A stretch of DNA of 64,000 bases, taken from Cenococcum geophilum. Its lineage: Eukaryota. The notes under the pieces were generated by a model, which worked only from the letters and a program-made list of their open reading frames with translations, did not search any database and was not told where the DNA came from. The stretch spans positions 30,194,001-30,258,000 of the forward strand of contig CP158635.1 in assembly GCA_050273025.1 (NCBI GenBank). The letters are read 5' to 3'. Shown here piece by piece: positions 1 through 11,199 of this stretch; positions within the stretch are counted from its first letter, which is position 1; each line of letters begins with the position of its first letter. The position numbers and the translations under genes were made by a program.

Positions 1-1149
1 TATATATGTTATATTTATAAGATAACTAGATTAACTAGCTTATATTTACTAAGTTTACTATAAATAACTCTATCTTAAAAACTATAAAGATCTCCCTATT
101 TCTAGCTAACTACGGCTAGCATTTATAAATGGGCTTAGACCTTTTAGTAATATCCCTCGCCCTACTCGCTACGCCTTATAAGTTATAAAAGTAAATAAAT
201 TTATAGAGAAGATAGAGGAACTATAATAGTTCCTTACTAATAAAATAATATAGGCCTAATTTATCTATAAAGCTATAGTAAATAAGAAATAAACCCTAGC
301 ACTAGCCTATTAAATTAGTAACTTTATTTAGCTAAATATAAGAAATCTAAATATAAAACGCCTTGCTAAGAAGCTTAATTAAAAACGCTAGCCCTTATAA
401 GGTTAAGAAGGTTGTTTTCTTTTACGCCTACTAAATAAAGCTCCCTAATACGGTTAAAATTCACCCTATATTTTATACGTCAGTCCTTTACCCTACTACC
501 CCCATATTAGACGCCCTACCTAAATAAATATAAAACCCTCCCCTACTAGTTAAAGTAGATAGTAAGAACGAGTACTTTATTAAAAGAATTAATGGCATTA
601 AGTATAATAAGCGAAAACGTTAATATATATACCTTATAAAATAGAAAGGCTTTACTAAGCCCTTATAGGAACCTGTTAACTCTATAGAACTTATATAAGC
701 TATAGAAGACTTTTACAAACTCTATCTAAAACTACTATAGCCCTATCTCGCAAAAGCTTAAGTTTAAAGGGGGGGGTACTGTTATAGGACACCCCCGTAA
801 CACCTTATATACGTTTACCTATTTCTACTAACTTAGCAACTAGAGATTAACTATAAGACGGCAATCTAATAGTAATCTACGGCAATCTAACAGCAATCTG
901 CCGCATTCTACTATATTCTACTAAGTTCTACTAAATCCTGCTAAGTACTACTAGGACTACTACCTAAATCCTATTCTGCTCCGTATATATATTAACTGAG
1001 CAACCAAGTCCATAATATGTACCCTTTCTTCCCATTTTCCTACCTTCTTTCCTTACGCAATGTCTTGACCTCCTTATACAGTTTATATACATAGCTTAAT
1101 AATATCTACCTTGCTATATATTATCGCTGCTTATGCTTACTCCGTGACA
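1..1149 (+). mobile_element. 3' part of chromodomain Ty3/Gypsy LTR retrotransposon (family A), RIP-inactivated
   Basis: Degenerate integrase C-terminus and chromodomain (de-RIP EYFIERIDG..YL.KWKGFTEPSWEP), G-rich PPT at ~766-776, then the LTR. Homologous to 21021-22428 and, reversed, to 7302-8307. Confidence 0.9.
780..1149 (+). repeat. Family A 3' LTR (370 bp)
   Basis: TG...CA termini directly after the PPT; internal ~10-bp tandem units. Other copies at 7302-7670, 22078-22428 and 44808-45158. Confidence 0.92.
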
Positions 1150-1507
1150 TCTCCAAACAATCGGCAGCGCTAGTAAGCACTTACAACGAGATGCGCCTGG
1201 GTAGTGTATACTGAGGCTCTATATAGAAGATTCCAGAGAAGGCAGGAAGGCGGCAGCGACTCGATATAAAAAGGACTATATTTAATTAATAAAAGACATT
1301 CCCAAGCCTCTACAGAGCTAGACGCTAGACTAGCGCAGACCTCAACACCTTCCAATTAGCTAGCATATTAATTGCTCAATCAAATATATATATATATATA
1401 GCATTTTATTTGAAGCTTCAAGAACGAATTTGATGCGTCTGGCGTTGAAATTCATATTCTGCCTGTGGGAGCCAAACTCTCTAATTAGGAAGGTGCAATT
1501 GGCTGTG

Positions 1508-2901
1508 TTAGAGGCTTTCTATATAGGGAGTAGGAGGCACGTGCCCTTCCTCCCCCCAATTTTCTCTAGATTTCTGGGCGGCACGTCGCATACGGAAGGA
1601 ATAACAGAGTACTCCGACAATCACTAAGAGGCCCATAGAGACACCTACGCCTATACCGGCTTTCGCACCCGACGAAAGACCTGGAGTTGGGGAAGCTGAA
1701 GTGGAGCTTGTGGAAGTGTTTGCTGCAGTGTGAGAAATCAAGGTCTTGACCGATGTGATGGTGGCTGTAACTGTAGCAGTAGAAGTCTGGGCGTTGACCT
1801 GTGTTGACTGGGTGGATGAGGCGGCTAGGTTTCCGCTGACGAAAACGACCAAAACAGCGGCGTAGCTATGTAGAATTAGCGTCGTACTGATGTAAGCAAT
1901 GGAGGGCCAGGAGGTTCCTACGCAGCGGTTGCAGCAAATACATCCTGACGCCTTGCATTAGTGAGAACAGCGAGAGATGCAGCGAAAGCAACCGTGAAGC
2001 CGCTGAGCATACCCAACCGAGCCTTCGAACTAGTGACAAAATAGAGCCCCAGTATCGCGCCGATGAGGAATATGGCGGCGCACACTGTACTTATAAATGA
2101 CACTGCAAGTTCTACTTTTCGGTGCAGTATGATGGCAGATGGTTCATCGTTAATTTTTTCCTGCGAGGCGTTTAGTGTTCCGAACATTTTGTCGTTCAAA
2201 CCATCAAACATACGCGGAAGAGGAAAGCAAAGCGACCTTCAAAAAGCCTCGTTAGCCTGTCAGGCTCAACTGAAGTGCCCAACACGCATAGATCTTCTTC
2301 ATTTGATTTATCCAAGTGTTTCACCATAGCGCCAGCAATCAGCTCTGCTCCATCAGTCATGGCTCTGTTTCTCTTGAAAAATCGGCGTATGGCCTTCAGC
2401 GCTCGTTCGTTGGGGCGGCTCAACGCCATCATATTTTGCGTCCGTAAAACTGCTTCGTCTTGCGCGTGCGCTGATCAGCTCCTATCTTTCACTGCTTAGG
2501 GGTCTTCAGGACATACAATATTCTTTGAGCTTTGCCCGCAGTTCCATGGTTATGCGAACAACTGCTCGTGCTTCGTCTCCGATCTTGCCTTTCTCCATAT
2601 TTGCCTGATAGTTCAGTATCTCCCAGCTCTGTTCACTTGCTAGAAAATCTTGACCTCCGCCTTCCATTTCTATCCGATCTAACCGTGCCTCTAGTTCTGC
2701 TATTTCAGACTCCAGAACTAACAGATTCCGAGCATTGGCTCGATCGAACCTCCGGAAAATGGTGGTAGACTTGTCAGGATCAGCCGTGAGGAAGGCTGCG
2801 AATTTGGAGTACCCGTCTGGATACTGTTCCCATGGCGCGTCGCGATAAGTTCTTCCCGTCTCAGCTTCGCCGCTCCGCTCTTTGGAGGAGGTGACTGCCA
2901 T
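1508..2901 (-). CDS. DUF6594-like fungal membrane protein, ~408 aa, with a C-terminal Ser/Thr stalk and extra TM helix; exons 2901-2517, 2458-2214, 2160-1922, 1865-1508
   Basis: Family-typical motifs GYSKFAAFL..D..TIFRRF..NARNLL.LESEI.ELE, KLKEY.EA and TNARRQDVFAATAAYAAVLVVF. Three 53-58 bp GT-AG introns with branch-like CTAA/CTGA restore one 1227-nt frame. Confidence 0.85.
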
Positions 2902-3613
2902 GATATTTTCTTCCCGTTATTTCGGTGAGCTCTACGTATGACACGGCCGAGATAATTTTATGTCGAGGCGGTTGGAAAAGGCAATGACGGGGGACTCTTT
3001 GTTCGGATCAGAATCCCCTGCATATTGCTTCGCCTCGTATTACCAAGCTTAGTTACTGTACTTGGTCTTCGCGTTCTGCCTTGTTCTTCGGCTGCTTCGG
3101 ACGAATGGAGTGCTATGTTTCTCAGCCTTGCAGCAAGCGCGGCGAACCCCCCAAGCCACAACGGATTCAGTAGTCACCGGGGAGCCTTGGTGCGTACTTG
3201 GGTCAGCTGGTACCAAAACCCCGGACACTACGCATCCCCAACATTTACTTTCCAGCGTTTCTTTCCTGAGCGACGTGAAACGACTCCATTCTTCTCGCTG
3301 GTGGGATAGCACAGCATTCTGTATCATGACCTCCCACCATTTGTCACTCGTTTATGTCATTATTCCACTCACGAGCCACGTTTCTCTCGGCTGATGGTGT
3401 ACGTCGATCTAGGGAGGCGCGAAAGTCGATGGAACTCCCTCAAAAGAGCTATTAAGAGAAAAGTCTGGAGATCGCCTAGTTCGCAAGCGGCCTAGTCATA
3501 GCATTGTACTAGAAATGTTCTAATATTAGGCAGGAACTCAGAGATCCGCTTCTGCTCTTGAGAGAAGCACAACTGCACCAGCTGCACATCATGCAAACCC
3601 GGGCAGAAGTGAT

Positions 3614-4090
3614 GTGAAGCAATATTGTGAGCAGAAACTCGAAGAATATCGAGCGAGAAGTGAGGCCGAGCATGTCCACCATGCCAGCCACGCGATAGCA
3701 ACAAGTTCTGGTCCTCAATCTCGGGATGGACTCACTTCCATGGCTGTGCCGTCTCGATATATGGGCACCCCTGTTTTACGAGAGCTATCTATAATACCGG
3801 GTATCAGAAGAAATCCTTCTCCAACACCTTCTCGCACCTCTCTCCAGTCCAGCCCAGGACCACTGACGAACGCCCAAGGCCTGGCACCTGAATTCCCAAA
3901 GTCCCCCGAGAATGATTTACTAACACTTCAAAGAAGCGGCTCCAGCTCAGCATCGCGAGCGCATGATAATCCAGGGACATTCTCTCAATTATCCGGGGTA
4001 ACTTCCAGATTATCGCCTCCAGGAAAAGAAATGGCAGTCCGGCTGCAGTATCCCTTGCACTTATCTCATAAATCAGACGCTCCGTCGTAG
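3614..4090 (+). CDS. Hypothetical Ser/Pro-rich protein (possibly a terminal exon or gene remnant)
   Basis: 158-codon open frame in GC-balanced, RIP-poor DNA; no recognisable domain and no clear ATG start. Confidence 0.25.
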   Translation: MKQYCEQKLEEYRARSEAEHVHHASHAIATSSGPQSRDGLTSMAVPSRYMGTPVLRELSIIPGIRRNPSPTPSRTSLQSSPGPLTNAQGLAPEFPKSPENDLLTLQRSGSSSASRAHDNPGTFSQLSGVTSRLSPPGKEMAVRLQYPLHLSHKSDAPS

Positions 4091-4338
4091 AATTTTAGCC
4101 CAACTCAGCCGAACTCAGTTAGATCAGCTCACGCCTGGTTACGGGCTAGGATATGCTCATATCTGCTCCCTGTATTTCATATTCTTCAACGAAGCGTCCA
4201 AGAACTTATGGGCGTCGCTTTGGTGGTAGTTAACTGAATGTTTTAAAAATCGAGTTTCGTCATTTTCTATAAGCTACGTCACAACTATAATAGTTATAAT
4301 ATACATACTTATTGTAATGGATTCTGTAAGTAATTATA

Positions 4339-4421
4339 TGTCAGGTAACGGGCCCATGCGTTGGGGACTCAGCCGTTACCTCGCTTATATATATTGTTCT
4401 ACGTAACGTACCTGGCGTGAA
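4339..4421 (-). repeat. Partial short solo LTR related to 8504-8627 and 55821-55949
   Basis: Begins TGTCAGGT and shares CCTCGCYTATATATATTGTTC...ACCTGGC with the reverse complement of those copies; cut off by the foldback. Confidence 0.55.
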
Positions 4422-4777
4422 GAGCATAGAAAGTCTGTGCCACCTCGCGCACAGTGCCACCTCTCGCACACCCTCTTCCTATACAAAATCGCAAATTTTT
4501 AACCTTTATAAAATAGCAACCCCTAGGGCTATTATTATAAAATTCTAAATATAGTATATTTAAAGTATTAAATATCTATTTATATATTAATAGTAAATAA
4601 TAATAAAATTAATATATAAATATATGTTTAATACTTTAAATGTACTATATTTGGAATTTTATAATAATAGCCCTAGGGATTACTCTTTTATAAAGGTTAA
4701 AATTTTGCGATTTTATATAGGAAAAGGGTATACGAGGGGTAGTACTATACGCGAGGTAGTATAGACTTTTATAGCTC
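4422..4777. mobile_element. Foldback/MITE-like element with 170-bp inverted arms and a 16-bp loop
   Basis: 4422-4591 is the reverse complement of 4608-4777, differing mostly by transitions; loop 4592-4607; internal GTGCCACCTC repeat; no TSD found. Confidence 0.8.
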
Positions 4778-5099
4778 GGCCAGTGTTGTTAAAAGCTCCG
4801 TTAGTGCCCGCCAAAGCGCTAAAATCTCGGCTAGCATTAATAATCTAACGCCGATATAGCCTTACTTAGTATATAATTTAACTTTTATTATATTACGTTT
4901 AGAGCTAATAATGTAATTATATTTTAATTATATTATTAATAGAGCTATTTAGGAGTTTTAATTAAATACTTTATAATATTTATTATAATTTTAAAAGAGC
5001 TTAGTAATAAAATAGATAAGGTAAGTTTTATAAGGCTGTATTAAGGATCTAATATAGCTATAAATTTTAGAGAACTAGTAACTAGAGTAAAAGAGGTAC

Positions 5100-7301
5100 T
5101 TATTAATATCCTATTTATATTATTATCTTAATCTAACTAGACCAGCTATATATATACTTAGTATTTCTATACTATTACTTATCTAGCGCCTAATATATTC
5201 TTATTAAGTACTTTTGATTTTTCTCTTTAGGGTTTCTATATATGTTATATATATTATTTATATATATAATCTACGCCAATATATAATATACTAGATGTCT
5301 TAGATTAACTCTTAGCTCGTTTTTATCCTTAAGTTTAATCCTTTATCTAGCCGATCTAAATTCTTAATTTCAGTCCTCTAATCGTTCTTTTAAGTCCTTT
5401 AATATTCTAATTAAGGCTTCTTAGATATAACTTATCTATTATTCCAATATAGCTTAATCTGCGATAATGTATTCGTCTAGCTATATATAGCAATCTTCCC
5501 ACTTATTATTATATTGCTATCTATACTACTTTTAGTATAGCTCTATAAGTATATACAATCTATCTCTAAGGAAGTATCTCTTTATTACTGCGTTGTTATA
5601 ACCTTTAGTATATCTTTCTTTATATTAAATAGATATTCTAAAATCCTCTTTTTGCTTAATTTCTTATAACCACTTCGCCCTTAGCGTGCCTATCTTTAGC
5701 CTATAAGTAATTCTTTTAACAGGTGCTATATCTCTTAATTAATCTAGTATTCTTAGCTTATAGTTCTAATTTTATGCTTATTACGCTTAAATTCTTTTTC
5801 TAAACTCCTTTTGGCTTTTTTCTTGTCTACGTCTAACTAATAGATCTTTAAAGTCTTCTTGCTTCTTAATTATAGTATTAACTTTCCAACTTAGAGACTA
5901 AATGTCTTATTTACCTATTATGAGCACCCTTATTTATTCTTTAAAATCTTAGTCTTTTAAAACTATTTACCATATACTTATTTATTTATCTTTAAACTAA
6001 GCTACTACTTTACTCTATTGGTTTTTATCCGTTATAGGTCCTTAAGCTTCTTTTATCTTATCTTAAGAATTTTAAGTCTTTAGCCTTTTGCCTTTATTAA
6101 GTGTTAAAATAACTCACTATCCTACTTCTCTTACATCTTGTAAAGTAATAGATATCGAATCTAATAGAGTCTCGATCCCTATAACTAATCCTTACTCTAT
6201 AGTAGATTTAATCTCTACCTTTATTATTATGTCCTTAAGGTTTGTATACTCCTAGTAAGCTACCTTTATTACCTTACCGTCACTGCTAATAGTCTAATTA
6301 TCTTAATTTTTTTTAGATTTTATTGCTTTTTAGTAAAACTAGTATAGAAGAAACTTCTTTACTAACTACTAGCTAAATATACTGTCTTAGTCCTAATTTA
6401 GTTTATAGAGTTAATCATATTTTTTATCTAACTTTACTATACCTTAAAGTTCTTTTAACTTTAGCTCTTATAGCTAATAGCTTATACTATATGTAGCGTC
6501 TTTTTAAACTTAACATACGTTATTATAGTAAAACTCGAAACTTTTAATTAAACATTCTTTTGTTCCTCGCAGTATATTATTATCCCTTTATATATATATA
6601 TTATCTACTAGTCTAATTCCATTTACCGCGTGGTTATTTTAACCACCTTTATAGTTTCTAGTAAAATAACCTTATTTCCTACAGTTTATACAAGCTTTCT
6701 TTTTATACTACTCTTTTTACTATAAAGTCCGCCTAAACGTCTTCTGCTATTAAGATCCCTAGTTTAGCCTCTACTCCTTAGACCTTTAATTACTTAATCC
6801 TTATCCTCTAGGTTTCTATAGTCTTCTATCTTTCTTAGTTTCTTTAATACCGCTTAGGTCTATTAGCTCTACGCTATATTATATTTTAAACACTTACTAT
6901 AGTGCCTTTCTTATATATACTAGTCCTTACTATATTCTACTAAATTTATTACTTTAGTACAGCTAGTTGCCTACCTTAATAGCTTATTTAATTAGCTCTC
7001 TTATATTGTTTAGATTATCTATTAGTATTATAGTTGCTTAAACTTTAGCCCTTAGTCCCCTCGTATACTAAGCTATTAACGCCCCTTAGTTTTACTCAGT
7101 CTGTGCCACTAGTGTCTAAAATTATATTATATAGTTTATTGCTAATCCTTTTTATATAAGTTAATATAGCTTTTTTGGCTATTACTATTAATTCCGGGTC
7201 TCTATATATCTATATAAGTCTATTAGCAAATCCTTTCTAGCTTAAAAATATATACTATATCTTTAAGTTAGTAGTTACTAATCTATTAGCCTATATCTTC
7301 G
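5100..7301 (-). mobile_element. Gypsy family B copy B0, gag region (continues at 45159-45969; left end approximate)
   Basis: Reverse complement aligns with gag of the 28454-36496 element (~29295-31790) and joins 45159 across the family A insertion. Confidence 0.8.
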
Positions 7302-7670
7302 TGTTATAAAATAAGTATACGCGACGATAATATATATCGAGGTAGATATTATTAAGCTATATACATAAACTGTATAATAAGGTTAAGACGTTATAAAGGG
7401 GAGAAGGTAAGAAAACGGGGAGAAGGGGTATATATCATTAGCTTAGTTGCTTAGTTAACACATATATAGGGCAAAATAGGATTTAGGGAGTAGCCCTAGT
7501 AGAATTTAGTAGGATTTAGTGGAACTTAGCGAAATATAGCAGAATATAGTAGATTGCCGTTAGATTACCGCAGATTGCCATTAGATTGCCATTTTATAGT
7601 CAGTCTCTAGTCACTAAGTTAGTAGAAATAGGTAGACGTATATAAGGTATTACGGAAATATCCTATAATA
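7302..7670 (-). repeat. Family A 3' LTR
   Basis: Reverse complement of 780-1149, with the PPT complement adjacent at ~7671-7685. Confidence 0.9.
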
Positions 7671-8503
7671 GTACACCCCTTTAAACTTAAGCTTTCGTAA
7701 GATAAGGTTATAGTAGTTCTAAGTAAAGTTTATAAAAGTCTTCTATAGCTTATATAAGTCCTATAGAGTTAACGGGTTCTTATAAGGGCTTAATAAAGTC
7801 TCTCCATTTCGTAAGATATATATATTAGCATTCCCGTTTATTATACTTAATATTATAAATCCTTTTAATAAAGTACTCATTCTTACTATTCACTTTAACT
7901 AGTAGAGGAGGGTCCTATATCTATCTAGGTAGGGCGTCTAATATAGAGGTAGTAGGGTAAAGAACTAATATATAAAATATAGGGTGGATTTTAACCATAT
8001 TAGAGAGCTTTAATTGGTAGGTATAAGGAGAAATAACCTTTTTAACCTTACAGTGGCCAGCGTTCTTCTAATTAAGTTTCTTTATAGGTTGTTTTATATT
8101 TAGATTTCTTATATCTAGCTAGGTAAAATTACTAATCTAGTAGGCTGGTACTAGGGTTTAGTTCTTATTTACTACGGCTTTATAAACAGATTAAGCCTAT
8201 ATTATTTTATTAGCAAGGAACTGTTATAGTTCCTCTATCATCTTTATAAATTCGTTTACTTCTATAACTTATAAGGCGTAATAAGCGAGGTAAGAAACAT
8301 TACTAAACAGTGTGGTTTTCGATAAATTACTATTGATAAGATCGATTGATAATCGTTATTAATAACAATCGATAATTATCGATTCTTATTAATAATTCTC
8401 ACCGCTTAATTAAAATTTCTAAACTCCTTCCCCCTTTTTTTTATTAAATATTTTATATAAATTATAGATTTTAAAGTTGGTTTATCTCTTCTTGCGCCTT
8501 TAA

Positions 8504-8627
8504 TGTAAGGTGATAAGCTCTGTACTACTCAGCTACACAAACCAAAAGGTAAGTAAGTAACTGGCTTAATGCCAGGTATAGCTGTGCGGAACAATATATA
8601 TAGGCGAGGTGGCTTAGTTACCTAACA
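8504..8627 (+). repeat. Very short solo LTR (124 bp)
   Basis: TGTAAGGTGA...TTACCTAACA termini and TSD TTTAA; the empty site is preserved in the duplicated segment at ~8991-9010. Confidence 0.85.
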
Positions 8628-9079
8628 TTTAACTACCTATTATTTAGTTAAAACTAGATCAAAAAATTTAAAAAGGGGTAACTCTACTTATATAATATGG
8701 GTCTATACTTATACGGCACGCAATAGAGAGAATTCTCTACTTTCTACCTATTCTATCGTTTTTTGCCATATTCTCCCGTCTCTACTACTAGAGTTTCCTA
8801 CTAGTAACTTTAAGAAACTTTAACCGGCGGTTAAAGTTGTCTAATTGGCTTACTTAGTTACGTACTATAATGCTAAGTAATTATTAATTATTATTGATAA
8901 TTCTTACCGCTTAATTAAATTTTCTAAACTCCTTTTTTCTTTTTAAATATTTTATACAAATTATAAATTCTAAAGTTGATTTATTTCTTCCTGCGCCTTT
9001 AACTACCTATAATTTAGTTAAAACTAGATTAAAAATTTTAATAAGGGGTAAATCTGATTATAAAATATGGGTTTATACT

Positions 9080-11199
9080 AACACCACACATGCAACCTTA
9101 CCAAAAGGTAGCGCCACACTTCAAAACTTACGCATACCCATCTTACCATCAAAAACAATCGATTTTCCAACTTTTAAGACTTAATTCCTACTGCCTAGCG
9201 AGCTAGAGGTGGATTTATTTGTTGTTTTACCCCCTTTCCCCCAATAGAAAATTCTTCTTAGGGGTGGTCTTAGCTTGTAAGCGAGGCACGGACAGGAACA
9301 CCAAAACTAAATACCAAAACCACGAAATATAGAGGCTAGATTTTCTACTACCTTTTAGCCTAATCTCCCCAGAAATCTTCTAGTAGGATTAGTAAGGAGA
9401 AAGGGTATAAGGATAGTAAAAACTAGGAAACCCCCCTATAAGATACAAAATGCCAAGGCCTAATAGGTCCAAAAAAAAACCTCCTATAGAAATAAGTGAT
9501 GAAGATTCTACATCTACTTTTTCTCCCCCTTCTCCTTCTCCTAGCCCGTTTAGGACAGGAGAAAAAAGAGGATATCCTCAGTCTTCTCCTGAAAAAGGAA
9601 ACCAAAAACCTGCAAAAAAGACAATAAAACCAACGACTACTACGGATAGTATGCCTAGTATACCTCCTTCTTCCCTTTCTCCGGAAGAACATCTATGCGA
9701 GGCTTTAAGAAGCCTAATCTAGGCCTATAGAGGGCTAGAAGGAGAAGAACAAGAAGAACAAGTTAGACAGCTAGTGGACTATACACAAAATATCCTAATA
9801 GGAAAAAACCCCTTTGCAAAAGAAGAAGAAGAAGAAGAGGCAAAAGAGGTCCTAAAAGGACTAGTAGAAGAAGTAAGAGCTCTCCGGAAGGAGGTGGCTC
9901 CTATTAAAGAAACTTACGCAGAGAGGTTAAAGAAGGACCTCCCTCCTTCTTCTTCGTCCTCCCTACCCTCCTTATTACCACCTTCTACCCCTTCTTCTTC
10001 TAGTAGGAGTTCTACTTCTACTAGAAGTAAGAAAAAGCAGCTATAAGAAAGGAAGCTAGTTCTAATTACGGACGAAAAGGACTAACTTCTAAATACCTTC
10101 TCTATACGAAACAAAGTTAATTATCTATTTGCATTAAAACTACAAGTAGAAAAGCCAGTACTAGCGTCTATAGCTAGAACTAAAGGAAAACAAAATATTC
10201 TCCTTATAACTACAGAAGAGTATAATGTAGATTTCCTAGTCAAATATAAGGAGATCTGGCATAACTGCTTTACTTTTTAAAGAGAACAAAAACTAGAACC
10301 TTGGGTTTAAATTATAGCCCATAGGGTCCCTACTTTACCTTTTTTAGGAGAGGGGGGCTCTAAGCTTCTAAAAGAAGAAATTGAGACCTTTAATCCTATA
10401 AGGATATAAGGACTACCTAGATAGATCTTATCTAGTATAAAAAGACACGATCCACAGACCAGATTTAGCTCTATAGTTTTTACTATAGAGAACGAAGAAA
10501 AAAGACAAGAAATCCTGAAATAAAAAGAGATATCAATTGCAGGTACAGCTACTAAGGTAATAAAATACCTCGAAGTCTCTCCTACTACGCAGTGTAATAG
10601 CTGCCAAAAATTTGGCTATATAGGAGACAGATGCTCTACTAGGGCCTGTAGATATTGTGCGGCTGCACATCTATTTAAAGACCACGTCTGTCCTACCTGT
10701 ATAGTAGGGGGCAGGCCTTGCAAGCATACTACCCCTCTTTGTATTAATTGTAAAGAAAAACACTTTGCTAATAGTAAAGACTGCGAGGTTCTTAAAGCAG
10801 CTAAACTAATACAGAGTACTGGTGTAGAAGATTCCATGGAAGAATAAAATTAATAGGATTCTAGAGGGAGGTAACTCCTACTAGGCTTCTAGGTAAAAAA
10901 TAGTAGAGAGTAAAAGGACAGAAATAAATTGCAAAAGGACAGGGACAGGGGTTAGGATTTCTTATAGTTTTTCTTACCATTTTCTCATTCCCTAGTAGTT
11001 GTAGTATCTTAGTATTTTACTAGGAAACTATAAACTCCTAGTTTAGGGGTTTATAAACTACTAGGACATAGCTACTAGTACATATTAAGCTGCCTAGAAA
11101 GGATTTATGTATATAGAACTATAGCGCCATAGCCTAAGGCTGCATGCGCAGTATTGTACGTAGTATAATACAATGGATATAAAAAAAAAAAAAAAAAAA
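9080..11199 (+). mobile_element. Non-autonomous ORF1-only LINE (Tad1-type) retroelement
   Basis: 11-bp TSD GGGTTTATACT (9069-9079, 11200-11210); A19 tail at 11181-11199; single gag-like ORF with no endonuclease or RT. Confidence 0.88.
9450..10847 (+). pseudogene. LINE ORF1/gag-like protein (465 codons, zinc knuckles, EKA-like) with RIP-type in-frame stops
   Basis: One frame from ATG 9450 to TAA 10847. Contains W.QIIAH.VP..F.G.GG..LLKEEIETFN and C-terminal CNSCQKFG(H), CRYCAAAH, CINCKEKH knuckles. Confidence 0.85.

Noticed and set aside
2958..3718. Several overlapping 67-110 aa ORFs on both strands
   Set aside because: Mutually overlapping with no motifs; expected by chance in GC-balanced upstream DNA.
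4781..5100. CAGTGTTG... possible hAT terminus
   Set aside because: No matching TIR, TSD or transposase found in the window; left unassigned.
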